A DNA stretch of 64,000 bases, from IMG/VR virus record IMGVR_UViG_3300030419_008158, positions 1 through 64,000 of that record; one strand, given 5' to 3'. The notes under the pieces were generated by a model. That model was not told the DNA's origin. It did not search any database and saw only the letters and a program-made list of their open reading frames with translations. Position 1 is the stretch's first letter. Each line of letters opens with the position of its first letter. This document shows positions 8,056-17,047 of this stretch, piece after piece. Both the position numbers and the translations under genes were made by a program.

Positions 8056-9396
8056 CTAAAGTCTCGCGCGCTTTTGTAAGTCGGCGAATTCTTTATAAGC
8101 ATCCATGTAAGTGTCGTAAACCTTCAAAAATTCTTCGCTAGAAAACAAATCAGAAGATCTCTGTCTAATCAAATTCATTGTTTCATTGTCGAGTGCTAAG
8201 AGCTTGTGATTCTCTTCTATTACAGATATAAATTTTTTCAAATCTGACGTATAATTTTCATCAAATTTTGCTTTTGATGTTTTGAAAACTGCCTGGATTG
8301 CTGTGTCCAAAAAATCTTCGTCAGATAAGCTCTCCACTGCGACTTGTTTTGCATCTGCTACCTGTTTTTTAAAGTCATCAGTTGCTGCTATTTTTTTTGC
8401 TTGTTGTTCAATTTGCGGGAGCATATCCCCAAAACCCTTTACAGACTCAGGGGGCATATCTGCACTCTTGACAATGTCAGCGACGGTTTTTTTGAATGCT
8501 GCCAAATCTCTAGTTCCAACCAACTTCATAATAGCTGTAGAGGATGTAATCGAATCTATCATTTCAGACATGAGCTCTGTTTTTTGCTCTAATGCTTCAG
8601 CTGCAGCATCTGTAAACTGCTCATCGATGCCTGTCATCTCAAAAAATGATGAAAGCCACTCCTCTGGGTTGGTTATTTTATCATCGCCGGGTGGTTCTTT
8701 CTTTTTTTCTTGTTCATCTTGTTCGTAAAGATCTGTTTCTGATAAGTCACCTCCGGCGACTTTCGCGGCTTGAACGTCGCTCGGGCCGCGGCCCATAAAG
8801 AGGTTGTTTAGCTGCATTAACAAGTTGTTTTGCTGTGCCATTTGATCGTGAATTGCACCAATTCCCATCTCGACGCCGGCTTGTGGGTTTTCTTCTGTTC
8901 CTGTTTGAAACTTGTTAATTTTTGCACGCATTGACTCCCAATCTTCGGCGACGATAATCTCAGTTGCTGTTTTGCCCGCTTTTATTCCAGCCTGCACGCC
9001 TTTAGTTGCCAAAAAGACTTGCGGTGCCAGCGCAACTGTCAAAAAAGGATCAGCATTATTGAGTGCGTCCATGCTGTTCTTTACAATTGGCTCCCATTCT
9101 TTGAGAATTTTATCTCTTTTTCTATTATAATTGTCACCCGCTTCTTTTAGCTTTGCAGGATTGTTTCTATAAAGAAACTTTTCACCCAAAAATCGAAGCT
9201 CGTTAGATATGTCCATCGCAGTTAGCTTCAAACTTTTAAAAATATCGCCCATTGCGTTTCCAATGGCAGCAAAAAGACCAGAGTCAGCGTAATAAGGATC
9301 AGAGACTTCTTGAATGTTCTTTTTATTTCTTAGAATTTCTCTATATTTTCTTCGCGACTCAAGATATCGAATTTGTTCATAAATATTTTTTGACAT
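8056..9396 (-). CDS. Hypothetical helical protein, putative virion component
   Basis: 446 aa ORF; multiple [LI]xE motifs. Confidence 0.65.
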   Translation of the reverse strand: MSKNIYEQIRYLESRRKYREILRNKKNIQEVSDPYYADSGLFAAIGNAMGDIFKSLKLTAMDISNELRFLGEKFLYRNNPAKLKEAGDNYNRKRDKILKEWEPIVKNSMDALNNADPFLTVALAPQVFLATKGVQAGIKAGKTATEIIVAEDWESMRAKINKFQTGTEENPQAGVEMGIGAIHDQMAQQNNLLMQLNNLFMGRGPSDVQAAKVAGGDLSETDLYEQDEQEKKKEPPGDDKITNPEEWLSSFFEMTGIDEQFTDAAAEALEQKTELMSEMIDSITSSTAIMKLVGTRDLAAFKKTVADIVKSADMPPESVKGFGDMLPQIEQQAKKIAATDDFKKQVADAKQVAVESLSDEDFLDTAIQAVFKTSKAKFDENYTSDLKKFISVIEENHKLLALDNETMNLIRQRSSDLFSSEEFLKVYDTYMDAYKEFADLQKRARL

Positions 9397-9405
9397 TATG
9401 AACCT

Positions 9406-9762
9406 CTATAAAATCCCAGCCAGTTTCATCATTCTTGAAGACTCTCTAATCGCTCGTCGAGATGATTTATTTTCTGCTTCTTGGATAACAGACGCTTCTT
9501 TTTGCAGATGTTTTTCTACTTCTCTAAGTCTGCGACGAAGAACTCTCAGTATGCCGTTATAGTAGCTTCTCTCATCCGATCTTGTACCTGATGAATCTCT
9601 TGTGTGAACAGCATCTCCAATTCTGTGTCGAAGGTCTTCAGCACACTCGTCACTTAGACATCCCACTAATGTTCCGTCCATTCTCATGTGAAGATTTTCT
9701 TTCTTTTCCTCACACAAAAGCAAAAGATCTAAATTACTAATATCATTATGCATTTTACTCAC
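9406..9762 (-). CDS. Hypothetical protein with C-terminal RxxKLAGI motif
   Basis: Ends IRESSRMMKLAGIL. Confidence 0.65.
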   Translation of the reverse strand: MSKMHNDISNLDLLLLCEEKKENLHMRMDGTLVGCLSDECAEDLRHRIGDAVHTRDSSGTRSDERSYYNGILRVLRRRLREVEKHLQKEASVIQEAENKSSRRAIRESSRMMKLAGIL

Positions 9763-10366
9763 CCACGATAATCACGTCAGTTTTTTCATCTTCTATTCCC
9801 ACCGTTTTTTGGGAATTTTTAGCTACATCGGCTTTTTTCTCCGCATGATCAGCGTCGACAGCAGCATCCGAACCAGCTTTGACACCTGCGAGCACTTGAG
9901 CAAGGCTATTAAGATAAACAAGAACTTGCCTTTTTTCATCAACTGACAGCTTCTCTAGATAGTCCTTCAGGCTCTTTCTAACTTCCGGGTCTTTGATGGA
10001 CTTTCCTCCACGCAGCAGATTTATATTGTTTGCTATTGCTTTAAATGTGGGCTTTGATAGCTGCTTTTTTGACGGGTCTTTTAGTTTTTTCGAAGCTGCT
10101 GTTCCTGTTTCTTCAGGTTTTGTCGCTACTTTTTTGTCCTTTGAACCACCTTGTTCTTCTGGGGCTCCTTTTAGCTTTACTTCATCCTCAGCGGCTTCTT
10201 CTTCGTCCTCTTCCTCTTCTCTTACTTCTTTTTGATTTTCATCAGATGCCCGCAAACCAAGCTTATCAACAGTTGCTGCTTGCTTTTTTTGCAATTTTTT
10301 CTCATCACTCATAGACTCTAGCACAGCTTTTGAAATTATGGCGTCTAACTCTTCAAAAAGATTCAT
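9755..10366 (-). CDS. Acidic hypothetical protein, putative virion component
   Basis: Poly-Glu tract; LFE/VLE motifs. Confidence 0.65.
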   Translation of the reverse strand: MNLFEELDAIISKAVLESMSDEKKLQKKQAATVDKLGLRASDENQKEVREEEEDEEEAAEDEVKLKGAPEEQGGSKDKKVATKPEETGTAASKKLKDPSKKQLSKPTFKAIANNINLLRGGKSIKDPEVRKSLKDYLEKLSVDEKRQVLVYLNSLAQVLAGVKAGSDAAVDADHAEKKADVAKNSQKTVGIEDEKTDVIIVGE

Positions 10367-10533
10367 TTTGTATACCTGATTCTTTGTGCTGTGTGTTCTC
10401 TATATCTCTGGTCCAATTGCATTCTTTTTTCCCACATTTCACGTGCTTTTTCAAGCTGCTCAAGCTGTTGGCGTCTAGCATCTTCTCGGACCTCTAAATC
10501 CTCAACAAATTTATCAAAATAATTCTTTTCCAT
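10363..10533 (-). CDS. Small coiled-coil hypothetical protein
   Basis: ATG 10533 lies 5 nt after GATATTTA; ATGA overlap downstream. Confidence 0.55.
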   Translation of the reverse strand: MEKNYFDKFVEDLEVREDARRQQLEQLEKAREMWEKRMQLDQRYREHTAQRIRYTK

Positions 10534-10537
10534 ACCG

Positions 10538-10951
10538 CTAAATATCCTCATATAACAAACTAACAACCCATTCTCCATCCTTTTTATCTCCGTGTGTCTC
10601 GGTTATCAAATAGGAAGTATCGTATATGGTAAAAGTTAAATCTTTTCCATGCAAATGAAATTGAGAAAGTTGTTCTGGTGGGACTGCTATCAATAGTGTA
10701 TTCGGGCTCCACCCTACGACATCATATTTTTTAGCAATCTTTTCTTTTTTCGAGTACACAGATATTTCTAGATCGTACCCAGTTCCGATTTCTTCTAAAG
10801 AAGTAATTTCATCGAAAGAATTGTTGTTTGATTCCTCAGAAAGCAAGCTCTCATCAAGTCTCGATCTAAGCTCATCACTTAAGAAAAGTCGTTCTTCATT
10901 CAGATTGTCTGGTGTCTTTGTAGATTTCATCAACTTTTTGTGCCCACTCAA
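10538..10951 (-). CDS. Hypothetical protein
   Basis: In-operon ORF; start uncertain; LNE/LDE/LSE motifs. Confidence 0.55.
   Translation of the reverse strand: MSGHKKLMKSTKTPDNLNEERLFLSDELRSRLDESLLSEESNNNSFDEITSLEEIGTGYDLEISVYSKKEKIAKKYDVVGWSPNTLLIAVPPEQLSQFHLHGKDLTFTIYDTSYLITETHGDKKDGEWVVSLLYEDI
10539..10546 (-). promoter_or_regulatory. Putative phage late promoter GATATTTA
   Basis: Recurrent 8-mer 5 nt before an SD-less ATG. Confidence 0.55.
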
Positions 10952-11249
10952 CGTCCAAGTCTGTTACTCTTTCGAGAGATTTTGTGTTTATCTGAACAAG
11001 CACACTCATGTGATCTATAAGAATTCTTCCATGGTGATTCATTGTGTCTTGTAGCTGTACTAAATCTTCTAAAAAATAAAGCAAACTAATCGTATTCTTG
11101 AACTCGAAAAGCCTCTGTAAAACTTCAGGGTCGTCAAGCATTGTCCACTTATTTTTTGTAGGTGTTACTGGAAGTGTGTCCCGAAATGACTCTCGTATCA
11201 TTTTTTTATCTTCTTTGAAATACGATGTCATCAAGCTTGAGACTTTCAT
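10896..11249 (-). CDS. Pterin-4a-carbinolamine dehydratase-like protein (degenerate)
   Basis: W...LQRLFEFKN...F...NHHGRI...V..NTK...VTDLD...A..VD. Confidence 0.7.
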   Translation of the reverse strand: MKVSSLMTSYFKEDKKMIRESFRDTLPVTPTKNKWTMLDDPEVLQRLFEFKNTISLLYFLEDLVQLQDTMNHHGRILIDHMSVLVQINTKSLERVTDLDVEWAQKVDEIYKDTRQSE

Positions 11250-11255
11250 TTTTTG

Positions 11256-12377
11256 CTATCCCTGTGTGACAAACGGATCTTCGCTTGCTTTTCTAACGAT
11301 ATCAAGAAGCTTTGATCTTGACATTTTTGAATATCTTCTTAGAGCGACATCAACAAAATCATCTCCGGACATCACAATCTTTTTCATTGCATCAAATCCT
11401 GCGCTTATTTTCTTCTTTGCATCATCCGCGCTATCTTGTGTCATATTTCCAGCAGCTACTTCAAGATCGATCTTCTTTGAAATTAGGCTATCGTTTCTAG
11501 GAACTTGTCCTGTAAGCTGGTTCATAAGTGTATTTTTTACCCCATCAGAAATGGCAAGCTTTTTAAGATAAACATCTGCTCTCTTTTTTCCCGCTCTTTC
11601 CATTTCTTTGAGCGCAGGAGACGCTATAGCGTTCCCAATAAAAAACTTGAAAGATGGTAAGTCGGAAACAATAGACTTGTTTGTGCGCATAAGCTCTGCA
11701 TCCTCATCATCTATAAGATCAGCCTGGTGTAAAACATCAACATATTCTCCGGCTGCAAAATCGACCAGAGCGTCAATTTCATCTCTCGGTACGTCTGTAT
11801 ATCTAGACATTCTCGAAAGAAGGCGGTATAAAAAGTTTTTGACACCTGATGGGCCTGAAAATCCCGTTTCAGACGCAATCTTCTCAAGAGAGGACTCATC
11901 AGGCACAGGCGGTGGTTTTTCTAGGTCATCTCCACTTCCAAACTCTTCTTCAAAATCTTGCTGCATTTGTGCAAGATCTTTATCGCTAAATGCCGCTTCT
12001 AGCATTTTTCTTATTTTAGACTCCATTACTTCTTCTCCTGCGACAGAATTATTTTTCATAAGCTCATCATCGACGAGCTCTTCCACTTTATCACGAACTA
12101 ATCGGTAAAAGCTTTGTACATCTTGATCGGGTACAGTTGATGCAATTGTAGAAAGTGCAAGTTCAAGCGAACGCCTGCTTGTTGGGACGTAGTCAGGATC
12201 CTCTACTGGCGGACGATCTGATGACAGCTGTGTAGAGACTTGTTCTTTAGGAATTATCGGCTCAAAATTTGGCAATTCATCATTAGAGCCTTGCATTCCT
12301 GGGCGGTCAAAAATACCGTATGCGACGTCTGTGTGACCGCCGGCGCTTGACTCCGAAACATGTCTTTTGTTTTTCAT
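11256..12377 (-). CDS. Hypothetical protein, putative virion component
   Basis: ~373 aa; GATATTTA 5 nt upstream of ATG 12377. Confidence 0.7.
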   Translation of the reverse strand: MKNKRHVSESSAGGHTDVAYGIFDRPGMQGSNDELPNFEPIIPKEQVSTQLSSDRPPVEDPDYVPTSRRSLELALSTIASTVPDQDVQSFYRLVRDKVEELVDDELMKNNSVAGEEVMESKIRKMLEAAFSDKDLAQMQQDFEEEFGSGDDLEKPPPVPDESSLEKIASETGFSGPSGVKNFLYRLLSRMSRYTDVPRDEIDALVDFAAGEYVDVLHQADLIDDEDAELMRTNKSIVSDLPSFKFFIGNAIASPALKEMERAGKKRADVYLKKLAISDGVKNTLMNQLTGQVPRNDSLISKKIDLEVAAGNMTQDSADDAKKKISAGFDAMKKIVMSGDDFVDVALRRYSKMSRSKLLDIVRKASEDPFVTQG

Positions 12378-12382
12378 AGTCA

Positions 12383-12390
12383 TAAATATC
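12383..12390 (-). promoter_or_regulatory. Putative phage late promoter GATATTTA
   Basis: Recurrent 8-mer. Confidence 0.55.
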
Positions 12391-12391
12391 G

Positions 12392-12883
12392 CTATTTGAC
12401 TGTTTTGACGATATGTGCAGCGCCTATTGTAAGACCTATTCCCGAGATTATGCCTATTGTGACTAAAAATGCTGGGTGTTCGTACCAGGGTGTTGGTAAA
12501 TACTGCTTTCTAAGAAAATCAATTTGCTCTTGATTAATTTGAACTATCTTAGTGTGTTTTTCTTCTAGCGCAGAATATCGACCGTTCAAAATATCAAGCT
12601 TAAGTTGCAACTTACTCGTCGCAAGAGTAACTGCCATGGCGGACTGTGCTTCTGACATTTTGAGTGTTATCATTGTCTTTCTCTCAGCTTCAAGTCTTGC
12701 AGCAAGTGATTTGCTGAAAAGTATTCCTTCGAAGGGAGCTTTTTGACCCTTACTCAAAGGAGAGATTGCCTCTATCGATTCTACTGGCTTTGTAGACTCT
12801 GCATATGATTTTGCCGGCAAAACTAGAACTAGAAAAAAGAAAATAGTAAAAACAGCAACAATCTTATTCTTCATTTTTTTCAC
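12392..12883 (-). CDS. Signal-peptide/membrane protein, spanin-like
   Basis: N-terminal hydrophobic signal, KGQKAPFEGILF, coiled coil, C-terminal TM. Confidence 0.5.
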   Translation of the reverse strand: MKKMKNKIVAVFTIFFFLVLVLPAKSYAESTKPVESIEAISPLSKGQKAPFEGILFSKSLAARLEAERKTMITLKMSEAQSAMAVTLATSKLQLKLDILNGRYSALEEKHTKIVQINQEQIDFLRKQYLPTPWYEHPAFLVTIGIISGIGLTIGAAHIVKTVK

Positions 12884-13268
12884 CCTCAGGAAGAACTATA
12901 TCTACACCAAATGTGTCAGCTACTTTGTGTGCAAGACTCTCATTGGAATCTTCCTTGTTCTCGGACAGTCTTTTGTTGAACTCTTCTTTTAGTTCAGTTG
13001 TGCTTTTATTGTGATTTTCACTTGCTGTAGCAACTCTTTCATCATGATTCTTCACAGCAGCATCTGTGGAAGTGCTTACTTTTTCTACAAATTCTTTTTC
13101 AACACTTCTTATCTTTTTTCCGGTTTCAATTTCATTTTTCAAGACCTTTTTTTGTGCTCTAAGTTGCCACCAGAATTTTAGTGCGGCACCTAAGCCTATG
13201 AACAAACCAAGAAAAATTTGCCAATACTTTTTGACTATTTTCCAAACTTTGATCCAAAATAACTTCAT
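12864..13268 (-). CDS. N-anchored coiled-coil membrane protein (i-spanin-like)
   Basis: WQIFLGLFIGLGAAL TM followed by coiled coil. Confidence 0.5.
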   Translation of the reverse strand: MKLFWIKVWKIVKKYWQIFLGLFIGLGAALKFWWQLRAQKKVLKNEIETGKKIRSVEKEFVEKVSTSTDAAVKNHDERVATASENHNKSTTELKEEFNKRLSENKEDSNESLAHKVADTFGVDIVLPEGEKNEE

Positions 13269-13269
13269 T

Positions 13270-13632
13270 TTACTCTCCAAATGGGTTGTCGTCGCCGATA
13301 GCGTCGTAAATATTTTCAGTGTATTTTTCCTCAAGAGCATGAATCAAATTTGCTTTTTTTGCTTCGCAGTATTCGTCAATTATTTTAACTAAAGCAGGAT
13401 GACCCTCAGCAAACTGGCAAGCCAAGTGTTCAAAGACTTCCTGCATCGACAAGTCTCGTGAAACAGTTGCCTGCTTAAAGTCTATGTGTGTCTTAGAAAA
13501 AAGAGAAATATGAACCGATTTTTTTCGGTTTGCGCCGAGGAGAGCCTTTACTCTAGCCTCCGCCCTCACTTCTTGCTCCGACCGCGACTGGCGGGCCCGG
13601 GGGTTCTTCTTTTGTTTCTTTTGCGATGCCAT
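13270..13632 (-). CDS. Putative ribbon-helix-helix DNA-binding protein
   Basis: KKSVHISLFSKTHIDFK...LSMQEVFE; basic N-terminus. Confidence 0.45.
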   Translation of the reverse strand: MASQKKQKKNPRARQSRSEQEVRAEARVKALLGANRKKSVHISLFSKTHIDFKQATVSRDLSMQEVFEHLACQFAEGHPALVKIIDEYCEAKKANLIHALEEKYTENIYDAIGDDNPFGE

Positions 13633-14173
13633 ATTCACCCTCAAGGATATCAAACAAAACCTTTGCTGTGTCTTCACCGTAATGATTATTGATAAATGTC
13701 GATGCTTTGTTTAATATAACAGCTTCCCAATCAATCAAATTCTGATAATTTTTTACAAGTCGGGCAATATTAGAGGCAAAGTTTCTAAGATCAATATCAT
13801 CAGCAGATGCTTCAAAAAGTCTTCTGTGGACGATCTCAGCGATACCAATTTCTTCTGTGTTTACTACGGCTGATTTTCGGGCTTCTTCTTCAAAGTCAAC
13901 AAAAAGACTGTCAAGTTCCTGGTCTATGGAGTCACTTAGCTTATATTGTTCAGACGGACTTACATCGACCTCTTCTTCTTCTTCTCCGGCTTCAGTGTCT
14001 TCAGCTTCTTCTGCACCTCCTCCACCCTCGGCGGCGCCGCCTTCATCTTCACCCCCAAAGATTTCTTCTTCAGCTCCTTCATCGCCGCCGGCGTCTTCTG
14101 CGGCCTCTTCGTCCTGTTCAAATAAGCGTCGATAAGCTGTCTCTTTCAGGCTGTGTCTTTTACTTTTTTTCAT
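13553..14173 (-). CDS. Acidic hypothetical protein, putative virion component
   Basis: E/G-rich linker; RRLFE occurs twice. Confidence 0.65.
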   Translation of the reverse strand: MKKSKRHSLKETAYRRLFEQDEEAAEDAGGDEGAEEEIFGGEDEGGAAEGGGGAEEAEDTEAGEEEEEVDVSPSEQYKLSDSIDQELDSLFVDFEEEARKSAVVNTEEIGIAEIVHRRLFEASADDIDLRNFASNIARLVKNYQNLIDWEAVILNKASTFINNHYGEDTAKVLFDILEGEYGIAKETKEEPPGPPVAVGARSEGGG

Positions 14174-14859
14174 TGAGAAACCCTCGCAATTTTTTCGCAC
14201 TTCTTGAAACGTTTTTCAATAATGTCCCAATTGAACTCTCTCATCATATTCTTGACGTATCCGTCAATATTGTCTAGATAATCACGATAATAGACACCCT
14301 CACTTACATCCAAGACAATTACCGGAATGGCTGAAAAAGGTACACCGGTATCAGCAGTGTCGACTACAAAATTGAGATATCGCTTAAGATACATGCTATA
14401 TGCACAAACAGCATAACCGTCTCGGGAGCTTTTTGCACAGGCAATGAAATCTTTTTGCCAAGCATCAAAAGTACCAAAATCTCTAGTTAGGCGCATATAA
14501 CAAAGCATGTCCATCGTGATTGTGCTGTTTAGATCACTAATGTTGTCTAAAAACTTTCCTTGCAAAAAAGCATCGTTGATAGCAAATGCCTCTGCGACTT
14601 TCTGATTTCTGTATGCACTTCCAACTTTATTTGCATTTTCAGGGTCAGCACCTTCAAGTTCAGCACTAATTTTATTCAAAGTTTCGACTGTGTTTTCAAA
14701 ATGCTTCAATCGAGCTGACTTTACCTTGGGGCTAAGTTTTTCTGTGTTTAGGACGAACTTTTTAGGCTCAACAACATAAGCCTCCGAAAGATTCTGTTTT
14801 CCTGGAAGTACATCATCAATTGCTTTGATTACTTCATTTTTAAGTTTTTTAGAATTCAT
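14170..14859 (-). CDS. Fe/Mn superoxide dismutase-fold protein, metal ligands degenerate
   Basis: RDFGTFDAWQKDF, PVIVLDVSEGVYYRDY (canonical DVWEHAYYxDY), NWDIIEKRF. Confidence 0.8.
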   Translation of the reverse strand: MNSKKLKNEVIKAIDDVLPGKQNLSEAYVVEPKKFVLNTEKLSPKVKSARLKHFENTVETLNKISAELEGADPENANKVGSAYRNQKVAEAFAINDAFLQGKFLDNISDLNSTITMDMLCYMRLTRDFGTFDAWQKDFIACAKSSRDGYAVCAYSMYLKRYLNFVVDTADTGVPFSAIPVIVLDVSEGVYYRDYLDNIDGYVKNMMREFNWDIIEKRFKKCEKIARVSQ

Positions 14860-15227
14860 TTGACTTCGTACTCCTTTTCGAACTCTTTGGAAGACACAGC
14901 TAAAAGATCTTCTTCTTCGGGATCCTCTTCAGATGGAATGTAAAACAAATCTGAAAGATTGCCTATGGGTTCTACTTCGTAAAGAATTTTTTCTTTACGA
15001 TTTTCATCCGATAAAATTCCCTCTTCGCCGGAAGGCTCAAAACGCGGAGCTTCTGGGGGCGATAGCATTATTGTAACTTCTCCGTTGGGCTCTTTTAAAA
15101 CTTGGTCGACTGTGTACTCGAACTGTGAGTCTTTATGCTTTACTTTCAAACCAGGAGAAATCACTATATTTCCGTGACTATCTTTTATGTCTGTTTCATT
15201 CATTTGATTCCTGCTAATTTTTGCCAT
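14856..15227 (-). CDS. Hypothetical protein
   Basis: In-operon ORF, start uncertain. Confidence 0.6.
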   Translation of the reverse strand: MAKISRNQMNETDIKDSHGNIVISPGLKVKHKDSQFEYTVDQVLKEPNGEVTIMLSPPEAPRFEPSGEEGILSDENRKEKILYEVEPIGNLSDLFYIPSEEDPEEEDLLAVSSKEFEKEYEVK

Positions 15228-16561
15228 CTAAAAAGTTGGCTATTTTCATTTAGTGTACTTGACTTAAAGTTTTTATCCATATACGCAAAAACAAACTTTC
15301 TTACCTGCCCTTGTGTGAGATGAAATTGTCCCTCACTAGTCTGTTTGAGCATATGTCCTGCAAGCTTAGGGATTAGTGATTTCAAAGAATCAAAATTCTT
15401 TTTTGAGAATTTTTTACCCTTTATGAGTGTTTCTTGATGTTCATCAACCCATGCTGAAACTGCACTCGCAACATTTGCCTCTATGTTTTCAGCAGAATTT
15501 TCAAGAGATGTCTTAATTCCGTCCTTGAGGCTGTCTAGGCGACCTGCCCCTCTGATCGCGCCTTGAGAACTTTTACTGAGTGAATCAACCCACGAATCAA
15601 GAGCGCCATGTGTACTATCCAAAGGTGAAGACACGTCGTCTGCTTCATCACTTACTGCATTTTCAAGATTCTGTCCTGCCTCTTCAGTGTCAGCAGGCTC
15701 CTGGTCGCCCTCTTCACCCTCTGCGCCTTCTGCGCCTTCTGCGCCTTCTGTTTCAGCAGCGTCAGCTGCATCTTGCATTTCATCTGATAGGCTTGTCACT
15801 ATATCTTCATCGGGTGGTGCGGGTGGAGCTTCACCCAATAAATTAGAAATCTTGGCGCCCATAAGCTCATCTGCTATATCTTTTGCCAAAACATCCATAT
15901 CGACATTAAGCCCGGGAGCTGACATTATTTCTGCTTCTTTCCCTATTCTTGCCTTCTTGAAAAAACTCGAAACCTTTTGAAACATAGTTCCTCCAAGTCC
16001 TTTCTTGAGAATATCGTAAACGCCTGTCGATATTTTTTCTAAATCCAGGTCGGGATCAGCGGCGATAGCATCAGAAAGTGTCGTCTCTTTGTCGACATCT
16101 TTCATTATCGGAAGAAGCTCTTTTCTTATTTTGGTCATTGACTCTAAGAACCCTCTACCAAAATCAACAGCTCGGGTTCCTAGTTTAACAGAAGCACTGG
16201 TAATTTCTGGTAGCGATATTTTTTTACCAAAAAATCCTGATAATTTTCCTGTGTCAAAGCTAACATCTGCCAGCTGCTTTGTTGCTTTATCGAGTGCTTC
16301 TTCTAGCGCATCAATATAATCATACATTAGCTGCAACTCTGTCTTCATTTGCAACTGATCTGCATATGTTCTTAGCTTAGTGAGAGAGTTTCTTGTTTTT
16401 TCTAGAGAGTTTGTAACTTCTTTTACATCCGCAGCATCAAGCTTTTCTGTAAGAAGATATTTTATGCTTTTTTGCTCAAGAAGTGTGTCAGTGCTTTCTA
16501 CAGAAGCAGCACACTTCTTCAGGACATCATAATAAACGGCATCTAGATTTTTCTGCACCAT
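15200..16561 (-). CDS. Hypothetical protein with C-terminal RWQKLAGIK, putative virion component
   Basis: GAGG SD before ATG 16561; LLE/LTE motifs; ends LNENSQLFRWQKLAGIK. Confidence 0.7.
   Translation of the reverse strand: MVQKNLDAVYYDVLKKCAASVESTDTLLEQKSIKYLLTEKLDAADVKEVTNSLEKTRNSLTKLRTYADQLQMKTELQLMYDYIDALEEALDKATKQLADVSFDTGKLSGFFGKKISLPEITSASVKLGTRAVDFGRGFLESMTKIRKELLPIMKDVDKETTLSDAIAADPDLDLEKISTGVYDILKKGLGGTMFQKVSSFFKKARIGKEAEIMSAPGLNVDMDVLAKDIADELMGAKISNLLGEAPPAPPDEDIVTSLSDEMQDAADAAETEGAEGAEGAEGEEGDQEPADTEEAGQNLENAVSDEADDVSSPLDSTHGALDSWVDSLSKSSQGAIRGAGRLDSLKDGIKTSLENSAENIEANVASAVSAWVDEHQETLIKGKKFSKKNFDSLKSLIPKLAGHMLKQTSEGQFHLTQGQVRKFVFAYMDKNFKSSTLNENSQLFRWQKLAGIK
15720..15750. repeat. 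9-bp coding tandem repeat (EGA)x3
   Basis: ctgcgcctt x3. Confidence 0.8.
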
Positions 16562-16585
16562 CTCTAACCTCACGCTACTCTTTGG

Positions 16586-16593
16586 TAAATATC
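16586..16593 (-). promoter_or_regulatory. Putative phage late promoter GATATTTA
   Basis: Intergenic, at the boundary between nucleotide cluster and virion block. Confidence 0.6.
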
Positions 16594-16618
16594 CTCAAAG
16601 TCGAAAATAGGTGCTTAA

Positions 16619-17047
16619 TCATTTTTTTGGACTAAACTGTCGAACTTTTTTTTGTGATTCCGCTAGTAGATCAAGGCCTGCTGTATCTCTATATGTTTCA
16701 TCAAATACAATCTCATCAATGTTGCCGTTGACGAGTGCTTTGGCACACATTTTGCAGGGTGATAGCGTGACATACATTTTCTTTTTCTTAGGGTTGTTGT
16801 AGTCAAGCTTTATAAGCGCATTAATTTCTGCATGAATACATCCACTTTGTCCAGGCTCTAAAGAATCAACTGTATTTGATCCACCTGATTGATCTCCGTT
16901 ATACCCAACTGAAAGAACTTGAGTATTGTCATCTGAAACTATCACAGCCCCTACTTTATAGCGAGGATCTATACTTCTTTCAGATATTGCATGTGCTACT
17001 TTCATCCATATGTCATCCCACTCAGGTCTATTTTTCTTTTTTGTCAC
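16619..17047 (-). CDS. dCMP deaminase
   Basis: RPEWDD, VGAVIV, GYNG, HAEINA, PCKMC. Confidence 0.92.
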   Translation of the reverse strand: MTKKKNRPEWDDIWMKVAHAISERSIDPRYKVGAVIVSDDNTQVLSVGYNGDQSGGSNTVDSLEPGQSGCIHAEINALIKLDYNNPKKKKMYVTLSPCKMCAKALVNGNIDEIVFDETYRDTAGLDLLAESQKKVRQFSPKK

